Of a stretch of DNA of 64,000 nt, positions 1 through 12,000 are shown one piece after another (within the stretch, counting starts at the first letter, position 1; every line of letters starts with the position of its first letter). The notes under the pieces were generated by a model that was given only the letters and a program-made list of their open reading frames with translations, did not search any database and had not been told where the DNA came from. Origin of the DNA: Naegleria gruberi (lineage: Eukaryota). Position numbers and translations under genes: made by a program. The stretch lies in NCBI GenBank assembly GCA_000004985.1, contig GG738873.1, one strand, 5' to 3'.

Positions 1-3000
1 NNNNNNNNNNNNNNNNNNNNNNNNNNNNNNNNNNNNNNNNNNNNNNNNNNNNNNNNNNNNNNNNNNNNNNNNNNNNNNNNNNNNNNNNNNNNNNNNNNNN
101 NNNNNNNNNNNNNNNNNNNNNNNNNNNNNNNNNNNNNNNNNNNNNNNNNNNNNNNNNNNNNNNNNNNNNNNNNNNNNNNNNNNNNNNNNNNNNNNNNNNN
201 NNNNNNNNNNNNNNNNNNNNNNNNNNNNNNNNNNNNNNNNNNNNNNNNNNNNNNNNNNNNNNNNNNNNNNNNNNNNNNNNNNNNNNNNNNNNNNNNNNNN
301 NNNNNNNNNNNNNNNNNNNNNNNNNNNNNNNNNNNNNNNNNNNNNNNNNNNNNNNNNNNNNNNNNNNNNNNNNNNNNNNNNNNNNNNNNNNNNNNNNNNN
401 NNNNNNNNNNNNNNNNNNNNNNNNNNNNNNNNNNNNNNNNNNNNNNNNNNNNNNNNNNNNNNNNNNNNNNNNNNNNNNNNNNNNNNNNNNNNNNNNNNNN
501 NNNNNNNNNNNNNNNNNNNNNNNNNNNNNNNNNNNNNNNNNNNNNNNNNNNNNNNNNNNNNNNNNNNNNNNNNNNNNNNNNNNNNNNNNNNNNNNNNNNN
601 NNNNNNNNNNNNNNNNNNNNNNNNNNNNNNNNNNNNNNNNNNNNNNNNNNNNNNNNNNNNNNNNNNNNNNNNNNNNNNNNNNNNNNNNNNNNNNNNNNNN
701 NNNNNNNNNNNNNNNNNNNNNNNNNNNNNNNNNNNNNNNNNNNNNNNNNNNNNNNNNNNNNNNNNNNNNNNNNNNNNNNNNNNNNNNNNNNNNNNNNNNN
801 NNNNNNNNNNNNNNNNNNNNNNNNNNNNNNNNNNNNNNNNNNNNNNNNNNNNNNNNNNNNNNNNNNNNNNNNNNNNNNNNNNNNNNNNNNNNNNNNNNNN
901 NNNNNNNNNNNNNNNNNNNNNNNNNNNNNNNNNNNNNNNNNNNNNNNNNNNNNNNNNNNNNNNNNNNNNNNNNNNNNNNNNNNNNNNNNNNNNNNNNNNN
1001 NNNNNNNNNNNNNNNNNNNNNNNNNNNNNNNNNNNNNNNNNNNNNNNNNNNNNNNNNNNNNNNNNNNNNNNNNNNNNNNNNNNNNNNNNNNNNNNNNNNN
1101 NNNNNNNNNNNNNNNNNNNNNNNNNNNNNNNNNNNNNNNNNNNNNNNNNNNNNNNNNNNNNNNNNNNNNNNNNNNNNNNNNNNNNNNNNNNNNNNNNNNN
1201 NNNNNNNNNNNNNNNNNNNNNNNNNNNNNNNNNNNNNNNNNNNNNNNNNNNNNNNNNNNNNNNNNNNNNNNNNNNNNNNNNNNNNNNNNNNNNNNNNNNN
1301 NNNNNNNNNNNNNNNNNNNNNNNNNNNNNNNNNNNNNNNNNNNNNNNNNNNNNNNNNNNNNNNNNNNNNNNNNNNNNNNNNNNNNNNNNNNNNNNNNNNN
1401 NNNNNNNNNNNNNNNNNNNNNNNNNNNNNNNNNNNNNNNNNNNNNNNNNNNNNNNNNNNNNNNNNNNNNNNNNNNNNNNNNNNNNNNNNNNNNNNNNNNN
1501 NNNNNNNNNNNNNNNNNNNNNNNNNNNNNNNNNNNNNNNNNNNNNNNNNNNNNNNNNNNNNNNNNNNNNNNNNNNNNNNNNNNNNNNNNNNNNNNNNNNN
1601 NNNNNNNNNNNNNNNNNNNNNNNNNNNNNNNNNNNNNNNNNNNNNNNNNNNNNNNNNNNNNNNNNNNNNNNNNNNNNNNNNNNNNNNNNNNNNNNNNNNN
1701 NNNNNNNNNNNNNNNNNNNNNNNNNNNNNNNNNNNNNNNNNNNNNNNNNNNNNNNNNNNNNNNNNNNNNNNNNNNNNNNNNNNNNNNNNNNNNNNNNNNN
1801 NNNNNNNNNNNNNNNNNNNNNNNNNNNNNNNNNNNNNNNNNNNNNNNNNNNNNNNNNNNNNNNNNNNNNNNNNNNNNNNNNNNNNNNNNNNNNNNNNNNN
1901 NNNNNNNNNNNNNNNNNNNNNNNNNNNNNNNNNNNNNNNNNNNNNNNNNNNNNNNNNNNNNNNNNNNNNNNNNNNNNNNNNNNNNNNNNNNNNNNNNNNN
2001 NNNNNNNNNNNNNNNNNNNNNNNNNNNNNNNNNNNNNNNNNNNNNNNNNNNNNNNNNNNNNNNNNNNNNNNNNNNNNNNNNNNNNNNNNNNNNNNNNNNN
2101 NNNNNNNNNNNNNNNNNNNNNNNNNNNNNNNNNNNNNNNNNNNNNNNNNNNNNNNNNNNNNNNNNNNNNNNNNNNNNNNNNNNNNNNNNNNNNNNNNNNN
2201 NNNNNNNNNNNNNNNNNNNNNNNNNNNNNNNNNNNNNNNNNNNNNNNNNNNNNNNNNNNNNNNNNNNNNNNNNNNNNNNNNNNNNNNNNNNNNNNNNNNN
2301 NNNNNNNNNNNNNNNNNNNNNNNNNNNNNNNNNNNNNNNNNNNNNNNNNNNNNNNNNNNNNNNNNNNNNNNNNNNNNNNNNNNNNNNNNNNNNNNNNNNN
2401 NNNNNNNNNNNNNNNNNNNNNNNNNNNNNNNNNNNNNNNNNNNNNNNNNNNNNNNNNNNNNNNNNNNNNNNNNNNNNNNNNNNNNNNNNNNNNNNNNNNN
2501 NNNNNNNNNNNNNNNNNNNNNNNNNNNNNNNNNNNNNNNNNNNNNNNNNNNNNNNNNNNNNNNNNNNNNNNNNNNNNNNNNNNNNNNNNNNNNNNNNNNN
2601 NNNNNNNNNNNNNNNNNNNNNNNNNNNNNNNNNNNNNNNNNNNNNNNNNNNNNNNNNNNNNNNNNNNNNNNNNNNNNNNNNNNNNNNNNNNNNNNNNNNN
2701 NNNNNNNNNNNNNNNNNNNNNNNNNNNNNNNNNNNNNNNNNNNNNNNNNNNNNNNNNNNNNNNNNNNNNNNNNNNNNNNNNNNNNNNNNNNNNNNNNNNN
2801 NNNNNNNNNNNNNNNNNNNNNNNNNNNNNNNNNNNNNNNNNNNNNNNNNNNNNNNNNNNNNNNNNNNNNNNNNNNNNNNNNNNNNNNNNNNNNNNNNNNN
2901 NNNNNNNNNNNNNNNNNNNNNNNNNNNNNNNNNNNNNNNNNNNNNNNNNNNNNNNNNNNNNNNNNNNNNNNNNNNNNNNNNNNNNNNNNNNNNNNNNNNN

Positions 3001-6000
3001 NNNNNNNNNNNNNNNNNNNNNNNNNNNNNNNNNNNNNNNNNNNNNNNNNNNNNNNNNNNNNNNNNNNNNNNNNNNNNNNNNNNNNNNNNNNNNNNNNNNN
3101 NNNNNNNNNNNNNNNNNNNNNNNNNNNNNNNNNNNNNNNNNNNNNNNNNNNNNNNNNNNNNNNNNNNNNNNNNNNNNNNNNNNNNNNNNNNNNNNNNNNN
3201 NNNNNNNNNNNNNNNNNNNNNNNNNNNNNNNNNNNNNNNNNNNNNNNNNNNNNNNNNNNNNNNNNNNNNNNNNNNNNNNNNNNNNNNNNNNNNNNNNNNN
3301 NNNNNNNNNNNNNNNNNNNNNNNNNNNNNNNNNNNNNNNNNNNNNNNNNNNNNNNNNNNNNNNNNNNNNNNNNNNNNNNNNNNNNNNNNNNNNNNNNNNN
3401 NNNNNNNNNNNNNNNNNNNNNNNNNNNNNNNNNNNNNNNNNNNNNNNNNNNNNNNNNNNNNNNNNNNNNNNNNNNNNNNNNNNNNNNNNNNNNNNNNNNN
3501 NNNNNNNNNNNNNNNNNNNNNNNNNNNNNNNNNNNNNNNNNNNNNNNNNNNNNNNNNNNNNNNNNNNNNNNNNNNNNNNNNNNNNNNNNNNNNNNNNNNN
3601 NNNNNNNNNNNNNNNNNNNNNNNNNNNNNNNNNNNNNNNNNNNNNNNNNNNNNNNNNNNNNNNNNNNNNNNNNNNNNNNNNNNNNNNNNNNNNNNNNNNN
3701 NNNNNNNNNNNNNNNNNNNNNNNNNNNNNNNNNNNNNNNNNNNNNNNNNNNNNNNNNNNNNNNNNNNNNNNNNNNNNNNNNNNNNNNNNNNNNNNNNNNN
3801 NNNNNNNNNNNNNNNNNNNNNNNNNNNNNNNNNNNNNNNNNNNNNNNNNNNNNNNNNNNNNNNNNNNNNNNNNNNNNNNNNNNNNNNNNNNNNNNNNNNN
3901 NNNNNNNNNNNNNNNNNNNNNNNNNNNNNNNNNNNNNNNNNNNNNNNNNNNNNNNNNNNNNNNNNNNNNNNNNNNNNNNNNNNNNNNNNNNNNNNNNNNN
4001 NNNNNNNNNNNNNNNNNNNNNNNNNNNNNNNNNNNNNNNNNNNNNNNNNNNNNNNNNNNNNNNNNNNNNNNNNNNNNNNNNNNNNNNNNNNNNNNNNNNN
4101 NNNNNNNNNNNNNNNNNNNNNNNNNNNNNNNNNNNNNNNNNNNNNNNNNNNNNNNNNNNNNNNNNNNNNNNNNNNNNNNNNNNNNNNNNNNNNNNNNNNN
4201 NNNNNNNNNNNNNNNNNNNNNNNNNNNNNNNNNNNNNNNNNNNNNNNNNNNNNNNNNNNNNNNNNNNNNNNNNNNNNNNNNNNNNNNNNNNNNNNNNNNN
4301 NNNNNNNNNNNNNNNNNNNNNNNNNNNNNNNNNNNNNNNNNNNNNNNNNNNNNNNNNNNNNNNNNNNNNNNNNNNNNNNNNNNNNNNNNNNNNNNNNNNN
4401 NNNNNNNNNNNNNNNNNNNNNNNNNNNNNNNNNNNNNNNNNNNNNNNNNNNNNNNNNNNNNNNNNNNNNNNNNNNNNNNNNNNNNNNNNNNNNNNNNNNN
4501 NNNNNNNNNNNNNNNNNNNNNNNNNNNNNNNNNNNNNNNNNNNNNNNNNNNNNNNNNNNNNNNNNNNNNNNNNNNNNNNNNNNNNNNNNNNNNNNNNNNN
4601 NNNNNNNNNNNNNNNNNNNNNNNNNNNNNNNNNNNNNNNNNNNNNNNNNNNNNNNNNNNNNNNNNNNNNNNNNNNNNNNNNNNNNNNNNNNNNNNNNNNN
4701 NNNNNNNNNNNNNNNNNNNNNNNNNNNNNNNNNNNNNNNNNNNNNNNNNNNNNNNNNNNNNNNNNNNNNNNNNNNNNNNNNNNNNNNNNNNNNNNNNNNN
4801 NNNNNNNNNNNNNNNNNNNNNNNNNNNNNNNNNNNNNNNNNNNNNNNNNNNNNNNNNNNNNNNNNNNNNNNNNNNNNNNNNNNNNNNNNNNNNNNNNNNN
4901 NNNNNNNNNNNNNNNNNNNNNNNNNNNNNNNNNNNNNNNNNNNNNNNNNNNNNNNNNNNNNNNNNNNNNNNNNNNNNNNNNNNNNNNNNNNNNNNNNNNN
5001 NNNNNNNNNNNNNNNNNNNNNNNNNNNNNNNNNNNNNNNNNNNNNNNNNNNNNNNNNNNNNNNNNNNNNNNNNNNNNNNNNNNNNNNNNNNNNNNNNNNN
5101 NNNNNNNNNNNNNNNNNNNNNNNNNNNNNNNNNNNNNNNNNNNNNNNNNNNNNNNNNNNNNNNNNNNNNNNNNNNNNNNNNNNNNNNNNNNNNNNNNNNN
5201 NNNNNNNNNNNNNNNNNNNNNNNNNNNNNNNNNNNNNNNNNNNNNNNNNNNNNNNNNNNNNNNNNNNNNNNNNNNNNNNNNNNNNNNNNNNNNNNNNNNN
5301 NNNNNNNNNNNNNNNNNNNNNNNNNNNNNNNNNNNNNNNNNNNNNNNNNNNNNNNNNNNNNNNNNNNNNNNNNNNNNNNNNNNNNNNNNNNNNNNNNNNN
5401 NNNNNNNNNNNNNNNNNNNNNNNNNNNNNNNNNNNNNNNNNNNNNNNNNNNNNNNNNNNNNNNNNNNNNNNNNNNNNNNNNNNNNNNNNNNNNNNNNNNN
5501 NNNNNNNNNNNNNNNNNNNNNNNNNNNNNNNNNNNNNNNNNNNNNNNNNNNNNNNNNNNNNNNNNNNNNNNNNNNNNNNNNNNNNNNNNNNNNNNNNNNN
5601 NNNNNNNNNNNNNNNNNNNNNNNNNNNNNNNNNNNNNNNNNNNNNNNNNNNNNNNNNNNNNNNNNNNNNNNNNNNNNNNNNNNNNNNNNNNNNNNNNNNN
5701 NNNNNNNNNNNNNNNNNNNNNNNNNNNNNNNNNNNNNNNNNNNNNNNNNNNNNNNNNNNNNNNNNNNNNNNNNNNNNNNNNNNNNNNNNNNNNNNNNNNN
5801 NNNNNNNNNNNNNNNNNNNNNNNNNNNNNNNNNNNNNNNNNNNNNNNNNNNNNNNNNNNNNNNNNNNNNNNNNNNNNNNNNNNNNNNNNNNNNNNNNNNN
5901 NNNNNNNNNNNNNNNNNNNNNNNNNNNNNNNNNNNNNNNNNNNNNNNNNNNNNNNNNNNNNNNNNNNNNNNNNNNNNNNNNNNNNNNNNNNNNNNNNNNN

Positions 6001-9000
6001 NNNNNNNNNNNNNNNNNNNNNNNNNNNNNNNNNNNNNNNNNNNNNNNNNNNNNNNNNNNNNNNNNNNNNNNNNNNNNNNNNNNNNNNNNNNNNNNNNNNN
6101 NNNNNNNNNNNNNNNNNNNNNNNNNNNNNNNNNNNNNNNNNNNNNNNNNNNNNNNNNNNNNNNNNNNNNNNNNNNNNNNNNNNNNNNNNNNNNNNNNNNN
6201 NNNNNNNNNNNNNNNNNNNNNNNNNNNNNNNNNNNNNNNNNNNNNNNNNNNNNNNNNNNNNNNNNNNNNNNNNNNNNNNNNNNNNNNNNNNNNNNNNNNN
6301 NNNNNNNNNNNNNNNNNNNNNNNNNNNNNNNNNNNNNNNNNNNNNNNNNNNNNNNNNNNNNNNNNNNNNNNNNNNNNNNNNNNNNNNNNNNNNNNNNNNN
6401 NNNNNNNNNNNNNNNNNNNNNNNNNNNNNNNNNNNNNNNNNNNNNNNNNNNNNNNNNNNNNNNNNNNNNNNNNNNNNNNNNNNNNNNNNNNNNNNNNNNN
6501 NNNNNNNNNNNNNNNNNNNNNNNNNNNNNNNNNNNNNNNNNNNNNNNNNNNNNNNNNNNNNNNNNNNNNNNNNNNNNNNNNNNNNNNNNNNNNNNNNNNN
6601 NNNNNNNNNNNNNNNNNNNNNNNNNNNNNNNNNNNNNNNNNNNNNNNNNNNNNNNNNNNNNNNNNNNNNNNNNNNNNNNNNNNNNNNNNNNNNNNNNNNN
6701 NNNNNNNNNNNNNNNNNNNNNNNNNNNNNNNNNNNNNNNNNNNNNNNNNNNNNNNNNNNNNNNNNNNNNNNNNNNNNNNNNNNNNNNNNNNNNNNNNNNN
6801 NNNNNNNNNNNNNNNNNNNNNNNNNNNNNNNNNNNNNNNNNNNNNNNNNNNNNNNNNNNNNNNNNNNNNNNNNNNNNNNNNNNNNNNNNNNNNNNNNNNN
6901 NNNNNNNNNNNNNNNNNNNNNNNNNNNNNNNNNNNNNNNNNNNNNNNNNNNNNNNNNNNNNNNNNNNNNNNNNNNNNNNNNNNNNNNNNNNNNNNNNNNN
7001 NNNNNNNNNNNNNNNNNNNNNNNNNNNNNNNNNNNNNNNNNNNNNNNNNNNNNNNNNNNNNNNNNNNNNNNNNNNNNNNNNNNNNNNNNNNNNNNNNNNN
7101 NNNNNNNNNNNNNNNNNNNNNNNNNNNNNNNNNNNNNNNNNNNNNNNNNNNNNNNNNNNNNNNNNNNNNNNNNNNNNNNNNNNNNNNNNNNNNNNNNNNN
7201 NNNNNNNNNNNNNNNNNNNNNNNNNNNNNNNNNNNNNNNNNNNNNNNNNNNNNNNNNNNNNNNNNNNNNNNNNNNNNNNNNNNNNNNNNNNNNNNNNNNN
7301 NNNNNNNNNNNNNNNNNNNNNNNNNNNNNNNNNNNNNNNNNNNNNNNNNNNNNNNNNNNNNNNNNNNNNNNNNNNNNNNNNNNNNNNNNNNNNNNNNNNN
7401 NNNNNNNNNNNNNNNNNNNNNNNNNNNNNNNNNNNNNNNNNNNNNNNNNNNNNNNNNNNNNNNNNNNNNNNNNNNNNNNNNNNNNNNNNNNNNNNNNNNN
7501 NNNNNNNNNNNNNNNNNNNNNNNNNNNNNNNNNNNNNNNNNNNNNNNNNNNNNNNNNNNNNNNNNNNNNNNNNNNNNNNNNNNNNNNNNNNNNNNNNNNN
7601 NNNNNNNNNNNNNNNNNNNNNNNNNNNNNNNNNNNNNNNNNNNNNNNNNNNNNNNNNNNNNNNNNNNNNNNNNNNNNNNNNNNNNNNNNNNNNNNNNNNN
7701 NNNNNNNNNNNNNNNNNNNNNNNNNNNNNNNNNNNNNNNNNNNNNNNNNNNNNNNNNNNNNNNNNNNNNNNNNNNNNNNNNNNNNNNNNNNNNNNNNNNN
7801 NNNNNNNNNNNNNNNNNNNNNNNNNNNNNNNNNNNNNNNNNNNNNNNNNNNNNNNNNNNNNNNNNNNNNNNNNNNNNNNNNNNNNNNNNNNNNNNNNNNN
7901 NNNNNNNNNNNNNNNNNNNNNNNNNNNNNNNNNNNNNNNNNNNNNNNNNNNNNNNNNNNNNNNNNNNNNNNNNNNNNNNNNNNNNNNNNNNNNNNNNNNN
8001 NNNNNNNNNNNNNNNNNNNNNNNNNNNNNNNNNNNNNNNNNNNNNNNNNNNNNNNNNNNNNNNNNNNNNNNNNNNNNNNNNNNNNNNNNNNNNNNNNNNN
8101 NNNNNNNNNNNNNNNNNNNNNNNNNNNNNNNNNNNNNNNNNNNNNNNNNNNNNNNNNNNNNNNNNNNNNNNNNNNNNNNNNNNNNNNNNNNNNNNNNNNN
8201 NNNNNNNNNNNNNNNNNNNNNNNNNNNNNNNNNNNNNNNNNNNNNNNNNNNNNNNNNNNNNNNNNNNNNNNNNNNNNNNNNNNNNNNNNNNNNNNNNNNN
8301 NNNNNNNNNNNNNNNNNNNNNNNNNNNNNNNNNNNNNNNNNNNNNNNNNNNNNNNNNNNNNNNNNNNNNNNNNNNNNNNNNNNNNNNNNNNNNNNNNNNN
8401 NNNNNNNNNNNNNNNNNNNNNNNNNNNNNNNNNNNNNNNNNNNNNNNNNNNNNNNNNNNNNNNNNNNNNNNNNNNNNNNNNNNNNNNNNNNNNNNNNNNN
8501 NNNNNNNNNNNNNNNNNNNNNNNNNNNNNNNNNNNNNNNNNNNNNNNNNNNNNNNNNNNNNNNNNNNNNNNNNNNNNNNNNNNNNNNNNNNNNNNNNNNN
8601 NNNNNNNNNNNNNNNNNNNNNNNNNNNNNNNNNNNNNNNNNNNNNNNNNNNNNNNNNNNNNNNNNNNNNNNNNNNNNNNNNNNNNNNNNNNNNNNNNNNN
8701 NNNNNNNNNNNNNNNNNNNNNNNNNNNNNNNNNNNNNNNNNNNNNNNNNNNNNNNNNNNNNNNNNNNNNNNNNNNNNNNNNNNNNNNNNNNNNNNNNNNN
8801 NNNNNNNNNNNNNNNNNNNNNNNNNNNNNNNNNNNNNNNNNNNNNNNNNNNNNNNNNNNNNNNNNNNNNNNNNNNNNNNNNNNNNNNNNNNNNNNNNNNN
8901 NNNNNNNNNNNNNNNNNNNNNNNNNNNNNNNNNNNNNNNNNNNNNNNNNNNNNNNNNNNNNNNNNNNNNNNNNNNNNNNNNNNNNNNNNNNNNNNNNNNN

Positions 9001-12000
9001 NNNNNNNNNNNNNNNNNNNNNNNNNNNNNNNNNNNNNNNNNNNNNNNNNNNNNNNNNNNNNNNNNNNNNNNNNNNNNNNNNNNNNNNNNNNNNNNNNNNN
9101 NNNNNNNNNNNNNNNNNNNNNNNNNNNNNNNNNNNNNNNNNNNNNNNNNNNNNNNNNNNNNNNNNNNNNNNNNNNNNNNNNNNNNNNNNNNNNNNNNNNN
9201 NNNNNNNNNNNNNNNNNNNNNNNNNNNNNNNNNNNNNNNNNNNNNNNNNNNNNNNNNNNNNNNNNNNNNNNNNNNNNNNNNNNNNNNNNNNNNNNNNNNN
9301 NNNNNNNNNNNNNNNNNNNNNNNNNNNNNNNNNNNNNNNNNNNNNNNNNNNNNNNNNNNNNNNNNNNNNNNNNNNNNNNNNNNNNNNNNNNNNNNNNNNN
9401 NNNNNNNNNNNNNNNNNNNNNNNNNNNNNNNNNNNNNNNNNNNNNNNNNNNNNNNNNNNNNNNNNNNNNNNNNNNNNNNNNNNNNNNNNNNNNNNNNNNN
9501 NNNNNNNNNNNNNNNNNNNNNNNNNNNNNNNNNNNNNNNNNNNNNNNNNNNNNNNNNNNNNNNNNNNNNNNNNNNNNNNNNNNNNNNNNNNNNNNNNNNN
9601 NNNNNNNNNNNNNNNNNNNNNNNNNNNNNNNNNNNNNNNNNNNNNNNNNNNNNNNNNNNNNNNNNNNNNNNNNNNNNNNNNNNNNNNNNNNNNNNNNNNN
9701 NNNNNNNNNNNNNNNNNNNNNNNNNNNNNNNNNNNNNNNNNNNNNNNNNNNNNNNNNNNNNNNNNNNNNNNNNNNNNNNNNNNNNNNNNNNNNNNNNNNN
9801 NNNNNNNNNNNNNNNNNNNNNNNNNNNNNNNNNNNNNNNNNNNNNNNNNNNNNNNNNNNNNNNNNNNNNNNNNNNNNNNNNNNNNNNNNNNNNNNNNNNN
9901 NNNNNNNNNNNNNNNNNNNNNNNNNNNNNNNNNNNNNNNNNNNNNNNNNNNNNNNNNNNNNNNNNNNNNNNNNNNNNNNNNNNNNNNNNNNNNNNNNNNN
10001 NNNNNNNNNNNNNNNNNNNNNNNNNNNNNNNNNNNNNNNNNNNNNNNNNNNNNNNNNNNNNNNNNNNNNNNNNNNNNNNNNNNNNNNNNNNNNNNNNNNN
10101 NNNNNNNNNNNNNNNNNNNNNNNNNNNNNNNNNNNNNNNNNNNNNNNNNNNNNNNNNNNNNNNNNNNNNNNNNNNNNNNNNNNNNNNNNNNNNNNNNNNN
10201 NNNNNNNNNNNNNNNNNNNNNNNNNNNNNNNNNNNNNNNNNNNNNNNNNNNNNNNNNNNNNNNNNNNNNNNNNNNNNNNNNNNNNNNNNNNNNNNNNNNN
10301 NNNNNNNNNNNNNNNNNNNNNNNNNNNNNNNNNNNNNNNNNNNNNNNNNNNNNNNNNNNNNNNNNNNNNNNNNNNNNNNNNNNNNNNNNNNNNNNNNNNN
10401 NNNNNNNNNNNNNNNNNNNNNNNNNNNNNNNNNNNNNNNNNNNNNNNNNNNNNNNNNNNNNNNNNNNNNNNNNNNNNNNNNNNNNNNNNNNNNNNNNNNN
10501 NNNNNNNNNNNNNNNNNNNNNNNNNNNNNNNNNNNNNNNNNNNNNNNNNNNNNNNNNNNNNNNNNNNNNNNNNNNNNNNNNNNNNNNNNNNNNNNNNNNN
10601 NNNNNNNNNNNNNNNNNNNNNNNNNNNNNNNNNNNNNNNNNNNNNNNNNNNNNNNNNNNNNNNNNNNNNNNNNNNNNNNNNNNNNNNNNNNNNNNNNNNN
10701 NNNNNNNNNNNNNNNNNNNNNNNNNNNNNNNNNNNNNNNNNNNNNNNNNNNNNNNNNNNNNNNNNNNNNNNNNNNNNNNNNNNNNNNNNNNNNNNNNNNN
10801 NNNNNNNNNNNNNNNNNNNNNNNNNNNNNNNNNNNNNNNNNNNNNNNNNNNNNNNNNNNNNNNNNNNNNNNNNNNNNNNNNNNNNNNNNNNNNNNNNNNN
10901 NNNNNNNNNNNNNNNNNNNNNNNNNNNNNNNNNNNNNNNNNNNNNNNNNNNNNNNNNNNNNNNNNNNNNNNNNNNNNNNNNNNNNNNNNNNNNNNNNNNN
11001 NNNNNNNNNNNNNNNNNNNNNNNNNNNNNNNNNNNNNNNNNNNNNNNNNNNNNNNNNNNNNNNNNNNNNNNNNNNNNNNNNNNNNNNNNNNNNNNNNNNN
11101 NNNNNNNNNNNNNNNNNNNNNNNNNNNNNNNNNNNNNNNNNNNNNNNNNNNNNNNNNNNNNNNNNNNNNNNNNNNNNNNNNNNNNNNNNNNNNNNNNNNN
11201 NNNNNNNNNNNNNNNNNNNNNNNNNNNNNNNNNNNNNNNNNNNNNNNNNNNNNNNNNNNNNNNNNNNNNNNNNNNNNNNNNNNNNNNNNNNNNNNNNNNN
11301 NNNNNNNNNNNNNNNNNNNNNNNNNNNNNNNNNNNNNNNNNNNNNNNNNNNNNNNNNNNNNNNNNNNNNNNNNNNNNNNNNNNNNNNNNNNNNNNNNNNN
11401 NNNNNNNNNNNNNNNNNNNNNNNNNNNNNNNNNNNNNNNNNNNNNNNNNNNNNNNNNNNNNNNNNNNNNNNNNNNNNNNNNNNNNNNNNNNNNNNNNNNN
11501 NNNNNNNNNNNNNNNNNNNNNNNNNNNNNNNNNNNNNNNNNNNNNNNNNNNNNNNNNNNNNNNNNNNNNNNNNNNNNNNNNNNNNNNNNNNNNNNNNNNN
11601 NNNNNNNNNNNNNNNNNNNNNNNNNNNNNNNNNNNNNNNNNNNNNNNNNNNNNNNNNNNNNNNNNNNNNNNNNNNNNNNNNNNNNNNNNNNNNNNNNNNN
11701 NNNNNNNNNNNNNNNNNNNNNNNNNNNNNNNNNNNNNNNNNNNNNNNNNNNNNNNNNNNNNNNNNNNNNNNNNNNNNNNNNNNNNNNNNNNNNNNNNNNN
11801 NNNNNNNNNNNNNNNNNNNNNNNNNNNNNNNNNNNNNNNNNNNNNNNNNNNNNNNNNNNNNNNNNNNNNNNNNNNNNNNNNNNNNNNNNNNNNNNNNNNN
11901 NNNNNNNNNNNNNNNNNNNNNNNNNNNNNNNNNNNNNNNNNNNNNNNNNNNNNNNNNNNNNNNNNNNNNNNNNNNNNNNNNNNNNNNNNNNNNNNNNNNN